A stretch of 63,348 nt of DNA, filler included, from Kipferlia bialata (taxonomy: Eukaryota), in the NCBI GenBank assembly GCA_003568945.1. It is 4 parts of 4 records of this genome, joined end to end, with 100 filler letters (N's around TTAATTAATTAA, not from the genome) between each part and the next. Parts side by side here need not be neighbours in the genome. Positions count along the whole stretch, not along the records: positions 38,847 to 59,403 come from BDIP01000178.1; 3 more parts are not named here. The stretch is one strand, 5' to 3'. The notes under the pieces are model-generated. The model saw nothing but the letters and a program-made list of their open reading frames with translations, had not been told where the DNA came from and did not search any database. This document shows, one piece after another, positions 40,143 to 51,757 of the stretch. Each line of letters opens with the position of its first letter. Within the stretch, counting starts at the first letter, position 1. Made by a program: the position numbers and the translations under genes.

Positions 40143-43100
40143 ATGAGCAAGAGGGAGAGGGACTATGTCCCAATGGAGCGAGACCTCCCGAAGCGGTATG
40201 TCTTAAGTTGTCTGTCTGCTTTCTGAAAGTGATTGTTCTTCGTGACATACACACATACCTTATCTCTCTCTGATGAACCAAGGCGTGAGCCAAGCAGAGA
40301 GTATGGGGACCGGTACGATGCGCCTGCTGATCGCGACAGAAGGTATTCTTAAAGCCATATTGTCGTGTCAAGTTGGTATTGGTACTGGTCTAGTATATGC
40401 TCGTCTTCCATCTTACCTCAGAGGTGCCCCTAGATATGAGGATAGGCCCCCAGTGAGAGACGAGCGGAGGGCAAGCGACCGCGGGTGGGTGCTGATTGAA
40501 CCTCTCGTCATGTATCACCCCTCATATTTGTGTGACGATCTACATTTCCTACATATGTCACCCCACCTTACTCAGGCCCCCTCCCCCCCGCAGTGCGGAG
40601 AGGCGTCCCTCTGACGCTGTCCCTCGCAGTGACCGTGTGTATGGTAGAGAGGGCGACAGAGGGTGAGTGGTAATCTCGGTGGCTTCTCCAAATGTGTACT
40701 GTATACCCACCCACAGGAGGTATGAGGAGAGAGAGAGAGAGAGAGGCTATGCCAGGGAGGAGCACAGGGCACCCCGGGCAGAGGACCACCGCAGAGCTCC
40801 TCCTCAGGACTCAGGGTACCATAGAGATTATCATAGCTATCATAGCGAGTATGGGTGGGTCAATGTCAACGCTTGTATACGGTAGTCTTCCTTTCCATCA
40901 CACTCTGTCCCATATATTCATGATTGGTACTACTCCTCTTTCCCGTCATCGTATATCTGCTGCTCCCTGTGTCCCCCTCTCACCCCAGACAGCCTGAGAG
41001 GAGAGAGGCCCCTAGGGAGGTGTACAAGGTGGAGGGCAGGGAGTACTCCACCACCAGTCAGGCCTACAGACAGGGGGAGAGAGAGGCCTCCCGGCTGGAC
41101 GACCCCTGGAGAGAGGACATCCGCAAGGAGAGGGAGAGGGAGAGAGAGAAGACTACTAGGCCGGCCAGGGTGGAGTACAGAGAGGAGCCCCGACGCGAGA
41201 CCAGGCAGCCCCAGGTGTATGCCAGGGAGGAGATGCGGGTAGAGAGGAAGCGTGTCCCAGTGCCATACCCAGTCAGAGAGGAGAGGCGCGAGGCCAGGCC
41301 TGTGGAGTACAGACGTGTGGACCCTTACGCCAGGGAGGGTGAGAGACTGCCCCCTCAGGAGTACAGACGGGAGGAGAGGGAGAGAGTGGTGGAGCGCACG
41401 CCTGTGGCTGTGAAGAGGGAGAGGGATGACAGAGGGTGAGTAACAGTTTGATGGTACTTTGTAGTGTGATTGTTTCGTGGCTCTCCCTCTGTTCCTACTC
41501 CCTAATGTGTAGGTATGAGTACAGGAACGGTGGAGACCGTCGTGCCCCTCCCCCCGAGTACAGAGAGAGGGGCCCAGAGAGAGAGAGACCTCGCCACGAT
41601 ACCCGTGAGGTGGTGTATGTCAGAGAGCGCCCTAGAGAGGTTGTGCATGAGAGAGACAGACACAGGGAGCCTGGGTATGGGAGAGAGAGAGTGAGGGAGA
41701 TGCCAAGGGAGGTTGTGTACGAGAGAGAGAGACCTAGAGAGGCTGGGTACGAGAGAGATAGGGAGAGACCCAGGCAGGCAGGATATGAGAGGGAGAGAGA
41801 GAGACCCAGAGAACCCGTGTATGAGAGTGAGAGGCCCAGAGACACTGCCTATGAGAGGGAGCGGTCTAGACCTGTGAGCCGTGAGAGAGAGAGGCCTGCC
41901 GAGCCCCGGTACGAGAGGCAGGGGGAGAGAGAGAGAGAGAGACCTCGGGAGATGGTGCACACAAGGGAGAGAGAGATGCCACCCAGGGAAGAGAGGAGAG
42001 ATGTGCGTATGGAAGAGCCCCGCAGAGATGAGAGGAGGCCTGAGGCCCCTTCCCCCAGGGTCAATGGACGGGAGCCTGTCAAGAGGGAGGGAGAGAGAGA
42101 GAGGGAGCCTGTCAGGGACCAGTCCGCCCGGTCCTCCCCCCAGGACCGTCCTGCCTCCAGACCTGCCCAGCCTAGGGTGTCCCTACCCGACAGAAGGGGT
42201 GGGTACCAAGGGGGGGCCAGGGGTGGACATGGGGGGCAGAGGACAGCGGGGACAGGCAGCCTGGGTGGGTGCATTGGTGTCTATCAATACAACTGTAGAT
42301 CTGTTGCCTATTATACTTCTCATACACTAATATGAAGTTTATTGCCAGCCTCCCTCACCCCAGCCACCAACTGCTACCCCCTGCAGATAGAGGAGGGCAT
42401 GGAGTGGATGCTGTACGGAGTCACATTCGACTGCCCCAAGGTGGGTGTATTATGTGCACAACGTGATAGCACGCCTTCCACCCCCCTCACCCTCAGATGC
42501 CCCCCAAGGCCATGGCCGGGGCAGGTCTCAGGGCAGCCATCCTAAGACGGTGGCTGTCGGAGCTAGTCACTGAGGTCCCCAGGCACCTGGTGGAGTGTAC
42601 CGAGTCCACTGTGCTGTGCAGGCACCCCCTCACATACAAGGTACATATACATGGGGATACTGATACTGATACTGATACACCCCCCGACATACAAAGTGGG
42701 GATGTAGGGGTCAGGGTGTGGGTATGACACTGCCATGTCCCCAAGTGGGGCCTTATTGGTATCTAACGTACATCCCTCCCCCTACTGACCCCAGGACGAG
42801 TCACGTGTCTGCAAGGGAGACGTCAAGACCTTCAGCTTCACAGACAGGAGGCAGGGTGCCGTGGACATGCGTGTCAAGGTGTGCTCCATCTCCAAGGTCA
42901 ACATCAACGCCACCGTCGCTGCCCCCAACGAGTCCTCCGAGCAGGCCATCTCCCTCCTCAACAGAGTCACCCACCTGGCACTCAGGACAGGCCATGAGTA
43001 CCAGCGGATTGGGTCCAAGTACCTCGTCTCCAGAGTCACCAGCAAGGACCTGGAGCCCAAGATCAGGGGCAGGCTGGGCCGGATAGTGGACAATGAGGCG

Positions 43101-44295
43101 TATGTGCACCGGGCCTTCACCCTTGCCGTGCAGCCCACTGTGTCTGGGGCCATGATGGTGCATGAGGTCAACCACCAGATCAGGATGAACACCAGCATTG
43201 ACAGGATGGCACGGTCAGGGCAGTTACCATCACCTGAGCAGGCCGCCAAGGACCAATACAGGGTGCTGCCCTGCTACGACCAGGGCACCAACTACCTCCT
43301 GATGGGCATCGAGGTGGGTGTGTATAGTGTGTGTATGTTTTTATTTGTACGTATGTATGTACAGGTGTGTCTAAGGGTACACACCAGTATCGCCCTCTGA
43401 CATCCACAGGAGAAGGCCTTCGATGAGCGCATGACAGATGACGACACCGACACACGGACATTCAGAGAGTACTACACCACCAAGTTCGAGAGACCCCCTA
43501 GGGCCCCAGAGATGTGAGTTGTGTTCGTATACTATATGTGTTCAAAGAGTAGCATATGATTGTATGTACCTTTGGATTTTCAGTGTATCCCTTTGGTAGA
43601 ATGGATGTGCCTCCATGCACCCTGTCATCCTCCTATCATGCCACTCACTGTGCATATGATAGACTGACACTGACACTCAGGGTGTACATCTACAAGTGGT
43701 GCAGAGACAGGGTGGCCAAGATGCCGAGCCATGTCAACATGGTCAAGACACGCCTCAAGTCAGGCCACGACGCATGGCTCATCGCTGACCTCTGCTTCCC
43801 CGTGGAGCTGTCTGCCTCTGTCAGAGGGGCACTGCCACAGGTGTGTACAGTGTGTGTATATGTGTATGGATGTGTATATGTATATGGTCCTCCCCCCCCC
43901 CCACCCCCACCCCCAGGTGTGTGGTCTCAAGCCAGATGGCAAGCTGAAGTTCATGTCGTCTCTGGCCTCTAGGCTGGCCTCTGTCAACAGTGAGAAGGAG
44001 CACGCCATGCCCCCAGCCGATGTGCTCAAGGCATGGGGCGTCACAGTCGACAAGAGGTGTGTATTGAGACGATACCCTGCCATTCTTCTGCCCGTGTCAC
44101 TGTTCCTCACCCCCCAGGGCTCTGATGGTTGAGACCAAGAGGCTGGACGAGCCCAGGATCCAGGTGTCTGGGGCTAGACAGCAGGTCACGGCCAGAGACC
44201 TCAGGCGCAGCATGCAGAGGATGAGGCTCTCGGGGGTACGGGGTGTATTGTGTACACACTCTCTCAACCTTGGTACCACAGTCCTATGAGTGTAT

Positions 44296-44335
<40 letters not shown>

Positions 44336-46135
44336 ACCCCCAGGTTGAGCTTGACTCTCTGGGTCTCTTTGCATCTGACAGGGCAGACAGAAGGGTGGTG
44401 CAGGAGTTCGAGAACGCACTCCCCAGGGCCCTAGAGACTGTTGGCATCAGGGTGATGAAGAGGCCGCAGCTGGTAGTGCTGCCTAGGTCAGTGTATACTG
44501 GGTGTCAACCATATGGCACTTCCCAACACAACAGACTGTTGATGGATAATAGTGTATATATATGTATGGATACTAATCTTATGTACATATCCACTCTGAC
44601 ACCCAGGGGCAGTGGACCCCGTTGGGAGGATGACGTGATCAATGTCGTGACCCAGGAGAGACACAGCGTGTGTGTGTTCATGGTACGTGGCAGTGATGTT
44701 AATATCCTTCCCCCTCCACCTGTACCCACCCCCCAGGTAGACGACAACTCCAAGGACCTGTATGCCCTTATCAAAGAGGAGATCAGCGGCAGAAAGGGCA
44801 TACCCACCCAGTTCCTCAACACAAAGGTACATTCATTCACATAGAGACACCCTATATGGACTGTACTGATGCATGGGGTGTATACCCATACCCACCCCCT
44901 CTGACCCCAGGTGCAGAGTGGTCTGCAAAGGCAGAGGGGCATGATCACCAGCACCCTGGCCACGCAGATAGGCGCCAAGCTGGGGTACGGCAGAGGAATC
45001 AGTGATATATACTCTGATTTGTAAGGGTTTAGAGTGGCTTGCTGCATGTGTTTCTCAAGGTTGTTTATCCCTCCCCCACCCCCAGCCACCCTGTCTGGCA
45101 GCCCACTGGCACTAAGGACCTCAACGCCCTTGTTGTGGGTATTGATGTGTGGCACGGGCAGGGCAACAACGGGAGGTCCATTGTAGGCTTTGGTGGCTAT
45201 GACTTCAGAGGGGCAGACGGTCTGCACACCTCCGGGGGTCTGTCGGAGCACCCTGCCAAGCAGGAGGTGCTGTCCCACATCCAGGCAGGCACATACGAGC
45301 CCGACACCGGCAGCGATGCCCTCTACCACTTTGTAGACAGGTGCCTAGGCCTCAGAGCACCGGAGGGCAAGGCCCCTACGTGCAAGCCCCCCGACACTGT
45401 CATAGTCTTCAGGGACGGCACCTCCCAGGGGCAGCTGGAGGCGGTGCGCAAGCAGGAGCTGTCGCAGGTTCATAGGGCCCTGGCCAAGTACAGGCTGGGA
45501 GACGGGCCTGACCTCAAGCCGGTGCAGGTTGTGTACTGTGTGTGTGTCAAGCGGTCTGGTATCAGTATGGTGGCCACCAAGGAGTCGGACTTCCAGGCAG
45601 CAACAGACGGGAGGGCATTTGACCCCAGAGACGCCACCAACGCACCCACAGGAGCCGTGGTCATTGACCCCAGGATACTCAGGTACCACACCATACCATA
45701 TCATAGTGTCATAGGGCCAATGTGATGTTCTGATGTATTCTCATGGGTGAATCCCCCTCACCTTCAGGAACCCCGAGACTGAGTTCTTCCTCTTCTCTGT
45801 TGGCACCTCCCCCTCCACGTCTAGGGCCGTGCACTACCACATTGTGGAGAGTGGTGGGATGGCCAGGAGGGACATCTGCAACATCGCATACAACCTGTCC
45901 TTCCAGTACTTCAACTGGCCAGGTACGCTTGAGTCTCTTCCTCCACTGACTATAGAAAGAATCTATTATTGTATTATCATGCATCATTCACCCCCCAGGC
46001 CCTGTCCTTGTGCCGGGTCCCATCCAGTACGCCACCAAGGCAGCCTATCTCGCAGGGGAGTGCTTCAAGGGCCTCATCAGCGATGAGGCCAAGCAGACTG
46101 GGCTCTACTGGCACAGGGGCCTGGCATACCTCTAG
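40143..46135 (+). CDS. Argonaute family, PIWI-like protein with ~500 aa R/E/P-rich N-terminal extension
   Basis: N domain TNCYPL..WMLYGVTF; PAZ TFREYY..LIADLC; MID LYALIK..GIPTQF and QIGAKLG; PIWI VVGIDVWH, IVFRDG, FQYFNWPGPVLVPGPIQYATKAA; ends LAYL* at 46133-46135. First acceptor uncertain. Confidence 0.92.
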
Positions 46136-46399
46136 ACACCGTGTCTGGATGGGAAGGGAGGGCTGACCCTATCGGTACAGTGTCACTAGACGCTAGTGAC
46201 TCAGGAATAGAGTACAAATGTTATATTGTGGCTCTTCTCGCTCAATGCGAGATCTCCATACTGTATCTCACTGTAATTCGCGTTAGCCAAGACGGTCGGA
46301 TATCCGGCGGAGACTCAAGGCCCTTGAGTCAACAGGGTGACATACAAAAAGGCACTGTCCATCAGACGTTCTACTGTAACAAGTGTATTAGACAGAGAT

Positions 46400-47183
46400 A
46401 TGGCCCCAGTACCCTCTCGGGCTGTCCGGGTGACGCCTGAGGGTGCCTGTTCACTGCTGTACCTCCCCACCACTTCCCTCCCCACCTCGTGTCACATATC
46501 TGTAGCCTTGGCCCTAGGGTATGACAGTATGGAGAGCCTCCCCGTGCCGTCGGCAGTGGTGGCCTCCCTCCTACCCTCCCTGACAGTGCCTGGCACCCAG
46601 GACACCCTGAGTGACACTCTGTCCAGACTGGGGTGCAGCATAGACAGTGGGGCTAGTCGCGAGTTCCTCTCCATATCGTGTGAGTGTCCCTCCTCCTCTG
46701 CCCCTGCTGCCCTGGCCACCCTGACCCATGCCCTCGAGCATGCAGGGGCAGCCCCTCTGGGCCAGGGTGTGGTGGATGAGGCCTCTGCCGCTGTGTGCCA
46801 TATGGCTGGGTCAATGGCCTACCAGGGCAGAGAGTGTGCTAGGGAGCTGGCCCTGGGCCACCTACTCCAGCACTCAGACCCCAAGGCACCCCCCCAGCCC
46901 CTGCCCTGGGCCCTGGGTCCCCTATCTGATGTCTATCTGGGGAGCCGGTGCGTGTCTGCCTATGCTGTGACGGATAGTGTGAGACGTGCTGCCGGTGGTG
47001 CCTCCTACGTCGTGTCTGGCCCTGCCTCTGTCAAGGCAGAGATGGAGGAGACATTCAGACACCCAGCACTAGACACTGATGCCATGGACCCCTTCCAGCA
47101 CCAGAGGCCCCTCCCGGCCCTCTCCCCCCCTGACCATGCACCTGGGGTGGTGTCCATGGGCTATGGAGTTATTGGACAGGAAG
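46400..47183 (+). CDS. Possible inactive M16 peptidase / MPP-alpha-like protein, first exon
   Basis: ISVALALG..LSRLGCSIDSGASREFLSISCEC..ALATL loosely resembles the M16 N-domain. No HxxEH. Downstream exons lost in the gap. Confidence 0.4.
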
Positions 47184-47257
47184 GTATGTGGGTGCAGCCA
47201 GTAAAAATACTATTTTCCCCACATCTACATGGGCTCCATGTGTATATGTCTTGCCAC

Positions 47258-47306
<49 letters not shown>

Positions 47307-47508
47307 CCGCCCCGCGCCCCCCNNNNNNNNNNNNNNNNNNNNNNNNNNNNNNNNNNNNNNNNNNNNNNNNNNNNNNNNNNNNNNNNNNNNNNNNNNNNNN
47401 NNNNNNNNNNNNNNNNNNNNNNNNNNNNNNNNNNNNNNNNNNNNNNNNNNNNNNNNAACCCCCAAACCCCCCGGGGCCCCCCCCCCCCCCCCCTTCCTCT
47501 CCCATCAG

Positions 47509-48921
47509 GTGTGGCACCCAGCCCACGGTGGATAGGAGCCAGCTCGACATAGACCTCAGCGACCCATTCAGGACCAGGTACAGCGTGAGTATATATATGT
47601 GGTATATAGCTCTAGTGCAGTAGTGTTTTTCGTAAATCTGACTCTGGGTCATTATACGCCACCTCTTCTCCATGTCATTATGACTCTATGTTACTCTCTG
47701 TACCGGGCCTCACCCCAGGATATCAGAGCAGCTGGCCCTGGCTAACTCCACCAAGGACGACCTCGACAGGTATATGTATAGTATATGGGATCCCCCCCCC
47801 CACCCAGTTCATCTTCACCAACACCCATACTATGCAACTGACATGTAGGTGCAATGCTGAGAACGTGGGCAAGCTGACTCAGATCTGGGAGCAGCTGGGT
47901 GAGTGCTGTATCACATCTATGTCACCATTCAGTGTGTGTATGACACAGATGTCCTGTTCATAGCAGTGTATGTGTTCCTTGATGCTTCTGTGTGTTTGTG
48001 TATATACATAGATATGTATATGTCTATGTATGTGTGTGCCTCCCTCATATCAGGCTACTCCAACCAGAAGATCCGTGCCATGTCGGACCTTGCCACCCGC
48101 ATCACATCCTCAGGGGTGGCCAAGGTATGGGTGGATGCACATAGATAGAGAGAGTTGTATACGTATATATACATACATATATATGATATACATGATGCAT
48201 CCTCAGGGGTGGCCAAGGTATTCGTCGAGACAGTGCTATGCACACACATATATGGCACTGTGCAATATACACACGTGTGCTGCCTCATCGCCAGGTGGAG
48301 CCCAGGGAGAAGGCTGATGTGATCAGTCTGCTGCGCAATGCCACCATGGAGGCCGACAAGAGAAGGGCCAAGGCCCAGGTGAGTGGGGGTATCTCTATAC
48401 ATGTATCTCTATACATGTGTGGCGGGAGAGACTCTACCCCCCCTCTGACCCCAGTCCATAATATCCCAGCTCAAGGCCCTCTGGACCGAGTTTGGCCAGC
48501 ACGCAGAGGCCGTCCAGGCCCAGGAGGTGCGGGGTTGTATGTGTGTGTATTTGGACCACTTCGTGTCATGCTCCAGTACTGTGTCCCCCCCTTCCCCCTG
48601 TGTCAACCTCAGGAGTTCCAGCACAAGTTTGCCGCCAACCCGCTGTCTGACTCCACCCTCAAGGCCATGCACGACCTGCTCAGCGAGTGGCAGGAGAAGA
48701 AGTGAGTGCCCCCTAGTCTCTATATTACTATACCAGTGTCTTCATTGGCACCCATGCCAGCCGTATGACCCCCCCCCCCCCCCCCCCCCCCCCAGTTCCC
48801 CCCCCCCCCCCCCCCCTTTCTGACACAGGTACATGCTGGCTGTGCTCTCTCTCTCCCCCTCTAACACAGGTTCCAGCTGGCTATGAGGGGTCTGACCTCG
48901 ACGCCTCTCTGTGGTCCATGA
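47509..48921 (+). CDS. Helical/coiled-coil protein 3' part, weak MAP65/Ase1-like repeats
   Basis: Phase-consistent exons: KLTQIWEQLGYS..RRAKAQLKALWTEFG..LLSEWQEKKFQLAMRGLTSTPLCGP*. Confidence 0.5.
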
Positions 48922-49004
48922 GGTTTAACACCTTTGAAGACATGCTCCATGAGATGAAGAGAATGAGTGGCAGGGCCTGGGAGGCAACAACAGGTAGTCT
49001 GGAG

Positions 49005-49049
49005 TACAGTATTGATGAGACTATATGATATAGTTTCATCAATACTGTA
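49005..49049. repeat. 21 bp inverted repeat (hairpin)
   Basis: TACAGTATTGATGAGACTATA-TGA-TATAGTTTCATCAATACTGTA, one G.T pair. Confidence 0.9.
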
Positions 49050-49442
49050 TATAGTTACTATATCATACTACAATATACTATATTTATAATACAATCGTAA
49101 TCCAAGGGCATGGGAGGCACACTAGTATCACTCCTCAAGCATGAAGGCCCATAAATCAAGGGACCATTCAGCTGTCACCATTGAAAGCACACATGCAATG
49201 TGTGACACATGCTAATGAATGACGTGTGGTCATGACACACCTATGATGCCCGTCACGGCTTTATCATCTCCCGAACCTGGCCTTCTATACACTGGCCTAG
49301 GTAGCCAGAGGAAGCTACTCTCTGTTGTCCACTGTATACATATTTCTGTGAACGAAATTCAGTCTCTCTCTCATTATCATCTGAGTGAAGTCGCACTCTC
49401 TGTTATCTATTATATATGTTTCTATGTATCTCTCTCAATCAT

Positions 49443-51712
49443 CTACGTGAAGTCGCACTCTCTGATGTCAAACAGGTCCTCAACTGGGGCACGGGCCTAA
49501 TATCAGTCTCAGTCACGTATACGAATATATGTATATTAGTTAAACTGAATATGCAGGTACATATAATGTCCTCAACTGGGGCCTAGAAGTAAGACAATTA
49601 TTGAATTAGAGGATTAGTTTCATTAATTCTCAGCTGTGAGGTAGTTGGACCAGGCCTTTCAATATGGCATGGTCTCTTATCATCTCATATTGATAATTAT
49701 TCTATATCATGAATATAATATCACATATTGAAAGAATACCCACCTTCTCAGCTGTGAGGTAGTTGGACCAGGCAGGGCCGAACCAGGAGGAGCCAACTGA
49801 GGGGTCAGAACCAATCAATCAATCAATGAATCATCAATAATTAGTCAATCAATGAATCAAACAGAATATCAGTAAAACGTAGATATCCAATATGTATACA
49901 GGTTATGTCCTATACACTACATACCTAGCACGTGGTGTGTCAGTGCCAGTGATGCATAGCGGTCACACTCCTCAGCCGAGAACAGGTCGAGGTAGGCCTG
50001 GGGTGACTATGTATAGACGTAGTAATAGATGTGGAGAATGAATACACACATATATATATATCCACATATATATGTGTACACACCTTGAGTTCCGAGTGGT
50101 ACTCTGTGTATAATCTCTCTCTCTCCCTCTCTTTGTACACATCTATATATAAATATATATATACATACATACCTTCAGTTCCGAGTGGTACTCTGTATAC
50201 ACACACTCTCTCTCTCCCTCTCTTTGTATACATCTATATATATATATATATACATACCTTCAGTTCCGAGTGGTACTCTGTGTGTATAATCTCTCTCTCT
50301 CCCTCCCTTTGTACACATCTATATATATATATATACATACATACCTTCAGTTCCGAGTCGTACTCTGTATACACACACACTCTCTCTCCCTCTCTCTGTA
50401 TACATCTATATATATATATGTATAGATACCTTCAGTTCCGAGTAATACTCTGTGTGTATACTCTCTCTCTCTCTGTCTGTCTGTCTGTCTCTGTCCCTCT
50501 CTCTCTCTCTATATATATATATCCACATATGTATATATATATATACCTTGAGTTCCGAGTGGTACTCTGTGTATGATGGCAGCAGCACACTGGTGGCAGT
50601 GCCCAGTCTGGCCCTAGAATCAGTAAGATCAGATACACAAATATGAATGATAGAGGGTATAAGAGTATATATACATGAAGTGATAATGGTGGCAGTCCCA
50701 GTCTGGCCCTAGGGGTTAGGGATATACATGAATAAATGTATATATACAAAATATATACAATAAGAATATACTATAATGGAAGTACTGGTGGCAGTGCCCA
50801 GTCTGGCCCTAGGGGTTAAAGACATATATACATACCAGTATAAACATACACACACATATATATAAATATACATATATATTCATGTATAAACCCATTTGGA
50901 ATTTCTGGTGGCAGCGGTCCTGATGGTATGGCATTATCACATCAGATGATATATAAATATGTGTAACCAAGATATGCATTACACATACACGGCCTTCTGG
51001 ACACATATACAACTCCACTTGTCAAAGACCTAATTGATACCAGATATAACAATTCCTGACATATACGTATATATATATATATTGGTTGTGTATATATGCA
51101 TACATGTATATACCTGATTGATACCAGGTAGCTAGGGGCACCCCAGCCGTGGAGCTTGGACAGGGCGCAGTGGAGTCTGGGGGTCAATGACAAACAAAAC
51201 TAATTAGATCAGTAGGATAGCAATACTAAAGAAACAGTAATATTTCTATTATCAAGGAAACGTTGACGACAAGTGCTCAGAACAGAGTGGAAACAAGCAT
51301 TGCATGGATGTATGAATTATGAATTATGAATTATACCTTGTGGATGCCAAATAAATAGAATTGGATATCATCTAGTCCACGTGAAAAGCACACACACATA
51401 TATACAAATATATCAATGTACACATGTACACATGTATGAATATATCCATATTGACTAGTCACGTACACCCACTGCTTGGCCAGATGGGATGCCTTACGGG
51501 CTGTCTTGATATCCACCTAGGGTGAGATACATGGTACACATTATACACACATAGCAACAAGGAGAGAGAGATATGGAAAGGTAGACAGGAAGAGAGTTAG
51601 CTTAGAGAGAGAGAGAGATAGAGAGAGAGTACGTACCCCAATCACCACTCTCTCTGAGTTGGCCTCCAGAGTGGCAATGTCTCCATGCATGGGGTCAAAC
51701 CTAGACCCTTAA

Positions 51713-51757
<45 letters not shown>

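Noticed and set aside
50083..50570. CRISPR array (also 28585-28965 and 58944-59219)
   Set aside because: The repeats are copies of adjacent exon ends with splice sites, spacers are related microsatellites, there are no cas genes and the context is eukaryotic.
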